Positions 1 through 6,950 of a stretch of DNA of 11,151 nucleotides are shown here, one piece after another. This DNA comes from Candidatus Oleincola secundus. GTDB taxonomy: Bacteria > Atribacterota > Phoenicimicrobiia > Phoenicimicrobiales > Stramentimicrobiaceae. The stretch is from positions 1-11,151 of the forward strand of contig JAGYLS010000056.1 of NCBI GenBank assembly GCA_018400815.1, written 5' to 3'. The notes below the pieces were generated by a model. The model was not told the DNA's origin, ran no database searches, and saw only the letters and a list, made by a program, of their open reading frames with translations. Made by a program: the position numbers and the translations under genes. Positions within the stretch are counted from its first letter, which is position 1. Each line of letters opens with the position of its first letter.

Positions 1-54
1 GCACCGGAGGAATATTTCACCTTTGATGAATAAATCAGAAAATTGACTGATTAA
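1..54 (+). pseudogene. Degenerate fragment of a paralogue of the downstream BspA-like LRR lipoprotein gene
   Basis: Frame 1 reads APEEYFTFDE*IRKLTD*, versus TPEEYFTFDEETKTITCY in the LRR gene. Nt 4-30 match 1863-1889 at 24/27 with only synonymous differences. Stops at 31-33 and 52-54. The 5' part lies outside the window. Confidence 0.7.
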
Positions 55-98
55 GCAGCGCTAAAATATTTAAATAATATCAAAAGGAGACTATTAAT

Positions 99-1700
99 AT
101 GTTTAGTAGAAAGAGGAAGCAAGTAAATAACAACCTTATTATCAATATAAAAAGAATTAGAGTCAGTAGAAAACAGTTAATCAATATTTTTTTATTAGTT
201 ATCATTACTTTGACATTTTTAACCACATACTGCATGGGAAACAACCAAACTCAAGGTGAAGATCTATATCAGCAGGCTCTAAACCTGGAGAAACAGGAGA
301 GTTTCAGTCAGGCAATTAGTCTCTATGAACAGGCATTTCCTGTCCTATTAGAAGAAGAGAATTTGGAGCTGGCTACTAAGTGCAGTGAATCATTGCAAAG
401 GCTGATGATTTTCCAGTCTGTTTATCCATACACCATTGACCAGCTTGAAGAGGTTATCCGGCAAACATTTCCCCATGCCACTGTAGAGCAAATAGAAAAC
501 TGGATCACCAGTAAGGAAATAGAACATTATATCTGGGATGGTGAAGAACATTATTTCTCAGATGGAATACAAAATCTCAAGTTCCGATACATAGAACTGA
601 TACAGTCAGATGAAGCAGCAGAGCAGGAATATTATAATCTTGTACTCAAAGTAAACAAGATTGCCATGGAACAACCGCTTCATCCCTGGCAACAGTACCA
701 AAAACCAGCTACTTATCGTGGCATTCATGCTATTACAATCCCGAGAGACAAGTTACCCGAAACAGGTACTTACCGTCTATGGCTACCGATACCCATCAAT
801 ACCGGCCCGCAGACTCAAGTTACCATTGAATCTATAACACCAGAAAAATGGATTAAACAACCACCAAGTATCAATGAGGAAATCGGCCTTTTATATATGG
901 AAATTCCCATGGAAGAACTTTCCGGAGATTTGGAAATCCAGGTCAGCTTTACCTTTAATCACTATGAACAGAGATTCTCAGTCAATCCTGCCAACATCGG
1001 AGAATATGACAAAGATTCTGCTCTCTATCAAAAATACACCAGGTCTTATGGTAATACGGAGATAACTCCAGATATTAGAAAAATGGCTGAGACTATTGTT
1101 GGTGATGAAACAAATCCTTATTTTGCTGCCCGTAAGATTTATGACTATATTGTTACCCAGGTGGGTTATGCTTTCATGCCACATTTGATCTTCTGGCCCA
1201 GATCATCGCTGACTGAATCAGATTATGTCCATATAAACCAGCGTGGTGATTGTGGTGCCCAGTCTATGTATTTTTCTGCCATGTGCCGCTCACTGGGAAT
1301 CCCTGCCAGAACCACCGGTGGTTGGCAGCTTTTCAAAGATGAGTTTAGTGGTCACTTTTGGGCAGAAATCTATTTACCCAACTATGGCTGGATACCGGTA
1401 GATACCTCTGCTGCCCAGCTTGCTTATTACCCAAAAGACTTAACCGATCAACAGAGGCAAATTTTTATTGATTATTACTTCGGTAACCAGGACTCTATGC
1501 GCTGTGTGGTACAAAACGACACGGATGTACCACTGATTCCGCAAGCCCATGGAATAATATTGCTTCCAATGGCTATTCAGGTACCCGCTGTTGAATATTC
1601 TATTCCTGCTATAGACTTTCCTGATGAAATATTTTTGGAATATTATACGATACAATGTGAAAAAATAAACTATCCAAAAGAAGGGGAGTCAAAATCATAG
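99..1700 (+). CDS. Transglutaminase-like (transglutaminase core domain) protein with N-terminal membrane anchor and TPR-like helices
   Basis: 533 aa ORF with AAGGAG RBS. Hydrophobic segment LINIFLLVIITLTFLTTY. Catalytic Cys-His-Asp motifs GDCGAQ...AMCRSLGIPAR, GHFWAEIYLPNYGWIPVD. Confidence 0.9.
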   Translation: MFSRKRKQVNNNLIINIKRIRVSRKQLINIFLLVIITLTFLTTYCMGNNQTQGEDLYQQALNLEKQESFSQAISLYEQAFPVLLEEENLELATKCSESLQRLMIFQSVYPYTIDQLEEVIRQTFPHATVEQIENWITSKEIEHYIWDGEEHYFSDGIQNLKFRYIELIQSDEAAEQEYYNLVLKVNKIAMEQPLHPWQQYQKPATYRGIHAITIPRDKLPETGTYRLWLPIPINTGPQTQVTIESITPEKWIKQPPSINEEIGLLYMEIPMEELSGDLEIQVSFTFNHYEQRFSVNPANIGEYDKDSALYQKYTRSYGNTEITPDIRKMAETIVGDETNPYFAARKIYDYIVTQVGYAFMPHLIFWPRSSLTESDYVHINQRGDCGAQSMYFSAMCRSLGIPARTTGGWQLFKDEFSGHFWAEIYLPNYGWIPVDTSAAQLAYYPKDLTDQQRQIFIDYYFGNQDSMRCVVQNDTDVPLIPQAHGIILLPMAIQVPAVEYSIPAIDFPDEIFLEYYTIQCEKINYPKEGESKS

Positions 1701-1751
1701 GCATTCTATAAGATATCTATATATTTGTTAAAAAGAAAAGGAAGAAAAATT

Positions 1752-2414
1752 ATGAAAAAAAAGATTTTTTTACTGACGTTAATTTGTATCACTTCATTGT
1801 TCACTATCGGTTGTCAGCTGGGCGATTCCGGTCTCTTGTTACCCAACAACCCATCAGCCACCCCGGAGGAGTATTTTACCTTTGATGAGGAGACTAAAAC
1901 AATTACTTGTTATAAGTGTGATTTTGGTGATTTTAACCCTCAAGGAGATGATATCGTGATACCTCCAACCATTGATGGCCTACCCATAGAACATATTGGC
2001 AATAAAGCTTTTAAATCAGGATTTAACACATGGATAAGATCGGTTGTTTTCCCGGATACCATCACGACCATTGGTAGTTATGCATTTTATAGTAATTGCC
2101 TTCATTCTTTAACTATACCGGATAGTGTTATATCCATTGGGAACGCCGCATTTTATTTTAATTCCTTAACATCTATAACCATTCCTGATAATATCAATTT
2201 TATTGATGAGCATGTGTTTGATGGTAATCCTCTAAGATCAATAACAATCGGGTCAGATGTTGATATTTATAGTAAAAATTCTATAGGATATTACGAAAGA
2301 GCTACTCTCCCAACCTTAGTGCCTAAATATGTGGAATTTAAAAGTGTTTATGATGCACATGGCAAAGAAGCCGGCACTTATCAGTTGATTAATATGACCT
2401 GGACCAAGATGTAG
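1752..2414 (+). CDS. BspA-type leucine-rich repeat (LRR_5) lipoprotein
   Basis: Repeats SVVFPDTITTIGSYAF, SLTIPDSVISIGNAAF, SITIPDNINFIDEHVF. ATG at 1752 follows AAGGAAG and gives MKKKIFLL...LFTIG-C (lipobox), so it is preferred over the TTG at 1725. Confidence 0.88.
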   Translation: MKKKIFLLTLICITSLFTIGCQLGDSGLLLPNNPSATPEEYFTFDEETKTITCYKCDFGDFNPQGDDIVIPPTIDGLPIEHIGNKAFKSGFNTWIRSVVFPDTITTIGSYAFYSNCLHSLTIPDSVISIGNAAFYFNSLTSITIPDNINFIDEHVFDGNPLRSITIGSDVDIYSKNSIGYYERATLPTLVPKYVEFKSVYDAHGKEAGTYQLINMTWTKM

Positions 2415-2484
2415 GGAAACTAATAATTTATGTTTGTCAATATTTGATTACCTGAATGAATTTGTTGTTGGGGGGGCAATAAAA

Positions 2485-2596
2485 ATGAAAACTAATAAAA
2501 CGGTTTTGGTAAGGATGGACCCCCTGGATAGATTATCTGAATATTCATAAAGATTCCATGTTTTACATTCAGGGAATCCTGGGTGATGGAAAATAA
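2485..2596 (+). pseudogene. Possible degenerate ribbon-helix-helix (CopG/Arc-like) regulator
   Basis: G-rich RBS, then MKTNKTVLVRMDPLDRLSEYS*RFHVLHSG and, after a frameshift near 2572, ILGDGK*. The alternating beta strand, helix A and SxIL helix B pattern fits RHH proteins. Confidence 0.4.
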
Positions 2597-2654
2597 AAAT
2601 CTTGGCTAAAAAAACTATCATAATATGGTTAGCTTTAATTTTAGATACCGCTTA

Positions 2655-2663
2655 TGGTATTAT
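2655..2663 (+). promoter_or_regulatory. Candidate extended -10 promoter (TG-G-TATTAT)
   Basis: TGnTATTAT at 2655-2663. The predicted +1 (~2670) coincides with the start of a long-range stem. No good -35. Confidence 0.35.
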
Positions 2664-2670
2664 AAATATG

Positions 2671-2787
2671 AGGGCAGCCGGTCCCACAGACAAGCCGCTT
2701 ATATCTTTTTTTTCAGGCAAAAAAAGAGAGGGTAAAAAGTTTCTTTTCTGTTTCCCGGCTGTCCTTTTTTGTTTCCTGAATCGGCTT
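2671..2787 (+). ncRNA. Candidate structured small RNA (unassigned)
   Basis: AGGGCAGCCGG (2671-2681) pairs with CCGGCTGTCCT (2755-2765; one G-U, favouring the + strand), followed by a T-run. Alternative helices: 2692-2697/2782-2787 and 2712-2717/2775-2780. Confidence 0.35.
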
Positions 2788-2869
2788 AAATGCAAAAGAA
2801 GGTTACAGGGAAATACAGTGCTCCAGATCAAGAGAGATTAAGTCAAAAAAAGAGGTAAATATTAAACCA

Positions 2870-2903
2870 AATACCAATACTAATACTAATACAGTATAGT
2901 AGT
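2870..2903. repeat. Tandem AATACN hexamer x4 followed by a partial inverted copy
   Basis: AATACC AATACT AATACT AATACA GTATAGTAGT, read directly. Confidence 0.6.
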
Positions 2904-2976
2904 CGCCTTTTTCCTTCGGAAACCGTTGAAAAATATAGAATTTACCCCTTAAAAAGTGAAGGGTTTTTCGTAATTT

Positions 2977-4053
2977 TCAATTATAAAGAAAATCATCAAT
3001 AATGTGTTTCTCTTTTAATACATGAATGGCTTTTTTCACCGTAGCAGAATTCATCTTTGCGGTATTTGCTATTTGATTGATAGAAGGATTTTCTCCATCA
3101 AAGACAGTTCCCAACAAGCAGGCAATTCCACGTTGTGTGTTGGTTAAATCCGGCAACAGCCTTAAGCTTTTAACCAAAATATTTCTTTCTCCTAACTGTC
3201 CTCCCCTGAACCGGTATGTGCATTTTTCACAACATACATAGGGAAGCTTTTCTCTTATTCCGCTACATCCGTAATGATAAGATTTCCGGTAGATCTTTTT
3301 AAGTTCAAGATCCGTCAGGGGATTGGCCAGGGACCGGTTTTTCGTCTCTACTATCTTTCTGGCATATTCCCGGGAATTCTTGTTCTGGATCAGGAGATTA
3401 TAAAGAATAAACAAACCGTTATTCCTCTCCCCTTCTTTAAGATCTCTTTTTAATATCTGTCTTATACAATCCATCTTGTGCCCGTGGTATTCTGGTTTTT
3501 TAAATATTATATTCCTATTTTGGAATTTGTCATTAGTATTAAGCAACTTTTCAGGAATAGGCATTATTTTGCTTAGTGGAACTTCATAGGCGTAGTAGTG
3601 GTTTTTTATTACAGAAGGCGGAGCTATAATATAGCTTCCGTTACTTTTTAATTCAAGTCTTTTACCGAACAGGGTATTGGTACTCTTTACCTGGTTGCCG
3701 TTTAAATAGAAATAATAATGGTATCCCCTGTTGGTCTTTACCCTGGTGGTTTTATTGATTTCAGGTAATGTTTCGCCAAGGTCCGGCAATAGAGAAAGAT
3801 CATCAACATCAATCACTGCCAGCTGGCTGATGTGGCCGGTAACAATTCCGATATTTGGTGTGTCAAACTGGTTATGCCATTTCAGGATATCGTTTACCGT
3901 TGCCCTCTTGTACTGATACTTTTTCCAGAATACAAATGGTCTTTTCTCTTTATCAACCGGAATCAGGCTATATCCGTATTGTAAATACTGGTTGATCATA
4001 CTGTGAATATAATTCAAAACTTCCCGGGGCAAAGACAATAGCAGAAAATCCAA
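2977..4053 (-). CDS. Bifunctional DNA primase/polymerase (Prim-Pol, AEP superfamily) with PriCT-like domain, Cys cluster and C-terminal winged HTH
   Basis: Prim-Pol motifs GYSLIPV..KRP, NIGIVTG..LAVIDVD, VKTNRGYHYYF, ELKSNGSYIIAPPS. PriCT-like EGERNNGLF...NPLTDLEL. Cys cluster YGC..CCEKC. HTH SINQIANTAKMNSATVKKAIHVLKEK. Start is TTG 4053 (AAGGGG upstream) or ATG 3999. Confidence 0.88.
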   Translation of the reverse strand: MDFLLLSLPREVLNYIHSMINQYLQYGYSLIPVDKEKRPFVFWKKYQYKRATVNDILKWHNQFDTPNIGIVTGHISQLAVIDVDDLSLLPDLGETLPEINKTTRVKTNRGYHYYFYLNGNQVKSTNTLFGKRLELKSNGSYIIAPPSVIKNHYYAYEVPLSKIMPIPEKLLNTNDKFQNRNIIFKKPEYHGHKMDCIRQILKRDLKEGERNNGLFILYNLLIQNKNSREYARKIVETKNRSLANPLTDLELKKIYRKSYHYGCSGIREKLPYVCCEKCTYRFRGGQLGERNILVKSLRLLPDLTNTQRGIACLLGTVFDGENPSINQIANTAKMNSATVKKAIHVLKEKHIIDDFLYN

Positions 4054-4191
4054 CCAACCCCTTACAGCCTTTCAACTACATTTAATATTACAATCCTGGT
4101 ATGACGATAAATACGACTTCAGGACAATATTACAGCATAATAAAACAAATAACTTAAAAAAATAATGTTTCAGACACCAGTGTAGCAGCCA

Positions 4192-4224
4192 TAAAAAAAA
4201 GAGCGTGACTTGAGCATCACACTC
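4192..4224 (-). terminator. Intrinsic terminator/attenuator upstream of the Prim-Pol gene
   Basis: Minus strand GAGTGTGA-TGCTCAAG-TCACGCTC-TTTTTTTT: 8-bp stem with one G-U, then 8 U. Confidence 0.75.
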
Positions 4225-4238
4225 CCGCAAACGTGTTT

Positions 4239-4247
4239 ATTATAACA
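4239..4247 (-). promoter_or_regulatory. Extended -10 promoter TG-T-TATAAT
   Basis: Perfect TGnTATAAT on the minus strand, about 15 nt before the terminator hairpin. Confidence 0.55.
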
Positions 4248-4488
4248 CTTTTCTTAAAAAATAAGTAGAGAAAATATATTATTATTAAGTAAAATATAAA
4301 AAATAACAATATTTATATATTTTTACCGCTCTTTGTCTATACCCCGTCTCTTTTCCTCCATAACAATATCGGGTATTTTTCAAGTATCTCTTTTTTCTCT
4401 TTAATTCCTCCCACCTAGTCAAATCATTCTTTCTTTAGTTTTTTCTTGCTTAATATATTCCCCAATAATGTTTTCCATTCAACTACTC

Positions 4489-5246
4489 TTATGAGGGTGG
4501 GCGCCTACCACGCTGGATATTATCAAGCATTTTCATAACCTTTTCTTCCCGAGACACTCCCTCTGATATTTTCTCCATTAGTTCGTCATGTTGTTGGTTT
4601 ATCTGCTGACTAACCTTTTCTTCAATATCAACAACATTGCCTACCCGCGAGTGAATTGCTCTTAACGATTCATCCAGCGTCGAGGTCATTATATCCACCG
4701 AACCAGTGAGGTCATCAATCGATTTCGTGATTTCACCTGTCATTTGATCAAGGGCCGCTGCTAGATTAGCAAATCCTCCAACAAGAATCTGGTTAGTCTT
4801 GCGCTGTTCATAGATTGTGGCAAATTGAAAATTACGCTGCGCTTCCCACACAATGCCATTGCAAAAGCCCCGTAAGAAAAGTTAACTTCCGATTGATCCA
4901 GATATTTCTCTGCAGACTCCAGGTATTTGGGTGTCTCTTCAAAAAGGGAAATTGATTCTTCTCCTAAAACAATCATCTTCTTTTGATACTCTCTTTGAAC
5001 CTCTTGTTGCTCCTCTTCTTTTTTCTGTTCAACTCTAACCTGTGCTTCGTAAAATCGGCGTTCTTGTTCTGTCTTCTCTAAGCGCTCTTCTTTTTTTATA
5101 TTTATATTAGAGAATAATTTAATTATTAGGGTAATCACTATAACGCCAATTATAATAGGTATTAGGTATGCTAAGGCATAAGATAATACTGCTATAATAA
5201 ACATAATACCAAGTATGGCAGCAAAAACCCCTTCAAATGAGTCCAT
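4489..5246 (-). pseudogene. Frameshifted membrane-anchored coiled-coil hypothetical protein (ORFs 4761-5246 and 4489-4851)
   Basis: ORF1 has a GGAGG RBS, two TM helices and a coiled coil. ORF2 overlaps in another frame, lacks a clear RBS and is open only from ~4880. The reading ...YGAFA / GIVWEAQRNFQFATIYEQ... puts the break near 4860. Confidence 0.65.
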
Positions 5247-5287
5247 TATCCCCTTCCTCCTTCACCTTTATTTTTTAAAACAAGGTT

Positions 5288-5309
5288 TTAAACCATATAT
5301 ATGGTTTAA
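5288..5309. promoter_or_regulatory. Perfect 22-bp palindrome, operator-like
   Basis: TTAAACCATATATATGGTTTAA, about 40 bp upstream of the ATG at 5246. Confidence 0.5.
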
Positions 5310-5403
5310 TCATAGTGTTATGGATACATATTATCCAAAATTAAAAAAGTTTTTTATAATAAAAATATAATTTATATTTACCATCACTTCTTCACTATTT
5401 ATT

Positions 5404-5595
5404 TTAAATTTTACCGGAAGTAACCCACTCTTTAATTATTTCTCTTCTCTTTTCTTCCAAAGCAGCCTGTAATATCTTGGATAATTTACCTTTTGCCTTT
5501 TCTTTGTTTAGTTGGGATTTCCAAAAATCATCTAATCTGTTTTCTGCTTCCAGGTCTATTTCTTTTTGTTTAACAGGGTCAAGGGGATGATAACA
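5404..5595 (-). pseudogene. Headless C-terminal gene fragment
   Basis: Frame with no upstream start codon: CYHPLDPVKQKEIDLEAENRLDDFWKSQLNKEKAKGKLSKILQAALEEKRREIIKEWVTSGKI*. In-frame TGA at 5602-5604 lies inside the adjacent palindrome. Confidence 0.6.
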
Positions 5596-5629
5596 AATAT
5601 GTCAAGAGACAACAGTCCCTTGACATATT
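5596..5629. repeat. 34-bp imperfect palindrome (REP-like element and/or terminator of the pilin operon)
   Basis: AATATGTCAAGAGAC-AACA-GTCCCTTGACATATT: 15-bp arms with one mismatch (G-U on the minus strand). Abuts the pilin stop codon. Confidence 0.75.
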
Positions 5630-6109
5630 CTACTGGCTACCTTGAATAATATAAGTATAATTATTATTTAGTGTATGGCGAAAATTGCTTTCTCCTAACA
5701 TCCCCTTAATGGTATTCACAAGAGCCATGTTCGTTTTTGTAGTAACTGAGATTCCATAAATAACACCGGTATGGGTATGTTCAGGATTACCATTTTCACC
5801 ACTCCAGTTATCCCAATCGTACAATATATCCAAATCAGGTACCTTGAAAGAAAATTGTTCATCTAAATACGGCCGTAATTTTGGGGGTATACTACCTGGT
5901 CCGCTATCATCGGGATAATCTCCAGCACCTGCATAGTAAGTGGAAACAGCAATATGTATACTGTGGAGATCTCCAATAACTTTAGCAGCATCTGCTTTTT
6001 TTATTAATCTATAATACTGAGGAAAGGCTAAATTAACTAATATACCAATAATTGCTACAACAACCATTAACTCAATAAGGACAAATCCTCTTTCTGTTCC
6101 TTTCTTCAT
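5630..6109 (-). CDS. Type IV pilin / type II secretion pseudopilin (prepilin N-terminal methylation domain)
   Basis: MKKGTERG|FVLIELMVVVAIIGILVNLAFPQY: class III signal peptide with G-1, F+1, E+5. Later Y..GDYP motif. Confidence 0.9.
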   Translation of the reverse strand: MKKGTERGFVLIELMVVVAIIGILVNLAFPQYYRLIKKADAAKVIGDLHSIHIAVSTYYAGAGDYPDDSGPGSIPPKLRPYLDEQFSFKVPDLDILYDWDNWSGENGNPEHTHTGVIYGISVTTKTNMALVNTIKGMLGESNFRHTLNNNYTYIIQGSQ

Positions 6110-6489
6110 CGATTTTTATTCCTTTCTCTCATAATATCCATATTCTCTTTTGTTAATATGCTACCTGCTGGTTCTAAGGAATCATAATAAATAAAGCATT
6201 CGTACCATTGAAGTGTAATCGAATAATGATCAATTGACTTTAAGTTATATTCAAGATAATCGTCATGGATATTTAAGGAATCCAGGGATGTGGGATAATT
6301 TCCGTTTTCTTGATAATAATCTTCTATTTTCCCCTGTAGCTGATATAAATAAATATGAAAATCCTGACAAATTTTTTCAATTTCTTCAGGTTGATTAATT
6401 TTATTAATTTGAGTAAAATTATACCAAGAACTTAGGGCTAAGAATAATATCAATAAAAGTAGAATTATTTTACGATTAATAGATAACAT
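6106..6489 (-). CDS. Membrane-anchored hypothetical protein, pseudopilin (GspG)-like core
   Basis: N-terminal TM helix and KIEDYYQENGNYPTSLDSL. No prepilin cleavage motif. 4-nt ATGA overlap with the pilin gene. Confidence 0.7.
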   Translation of the reverse strand: MLSINRKIILLLLILFLALSSWYNFTQINKINQPEEIEKICQDFHIYLYQLQGKIEDYYQENGNYPTSLDSLNIHDDYLEYNLKSIDHYSITLQWYECFIYYDSLEPAGSILTKENMDIMRERNKNR

Positions 6490-6654
6490 AGAACCTTCTT
6501 TTTTTCAAAAATGATTATATATTTATTATTCCCTAAAAAAGAATTATCCAGAATAACGATTGTATGATTTTCTAGGATCAGCTAGTAAAATCCGTTATTT
6601 CTCTTTGCTGTCAGAAAGCAATTTCAGGCTCATCTTGCTTGGATAAGACTGAAA

Positions 6655-6918
6655 TGTATTACTTTCAAGATGTGTTTACACATCTAAGTTCTTTCCTATA
6701 GCAATAGAATTCTATTTATCCAGGTTCCGGTAAAGTGAATTTACGCCTACCATCTAAGAATTTCTGATAGGGGATTTCCCCTTTAGCCGGTAACCCTGAT
6801 TCGTTCTTTTAAAATTGTAATCGTAGATAAAACGATCCAGATCATCCTATAGCTGGCCCAAAGAGGTATAGATATTCTTGCTCATGGCAATCTGGTAGAA
6901 TTCTTGCAATAATATAAT
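6655..6918 (-). mobile_element. IS481-family insertion sequence remnant (transposase C-terminus plus right end)
   Basis: Minus strand IILLQEFYQIAMSKNIYTSLGQL*DDLDRFIYDYNFKRTNQGYRLKGK/PYQKFLDG matches the IS481 EFY..KKIY.S..LQ.DLD..YN..R.HQG..P..FLDG tail. TAG at 6847-6849, frameshift near 6775, stop at 6716-6718. TGT...ACA-bounded end at 6655-6680. Confidence 0.8.
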
Positions 6919-6950
6919 TGGAATAAGAAATTATTAACCCGTTATTTACA

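Noticed and set aside
874..1655. Small ORFs 874-1065 (+), 978-1184 (-), 1440-1655 (-)
   Set aside because: Lie inside the transglutaminase gene in other frames and have no motifs.
4..1889. Repeat pair 4-30 / 1863-1889 as a DGR template/variable repeat
   Set aside because: Too short, includes a C/T difference, all changes are synonymous, and no reverse transcriptase is present.
2602..2841. 79-aa + strand ORF
   Set aside because: TTG start with no clear RBS, crosses homopolymer runs and the structured element, and has no recognisable domain.
3731..3916. 61-aa + strand ORF
   Set aside because: Antisense shadow of the Prim-Pol gene.
4330..4488. Short minus-strand frames and GGAGG motifs
   Set aside because: Possibly gene debris, but no coherent RBS-start-ORF and no recognisable motif.
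5288..5309. Palindrome as an NrdR or LexA box
   Set aside because: The central AT phase does not fit the NrdR consensus, and it lacks CTGT or GAAC LexA half-sites.
2870..5629. CRISPR array or integron attC cassettes
   Set aside because: No regularly spaced repeats, no cas or intI gene, and the palindromes lack RYYYAAC/GTTRRRY ends.
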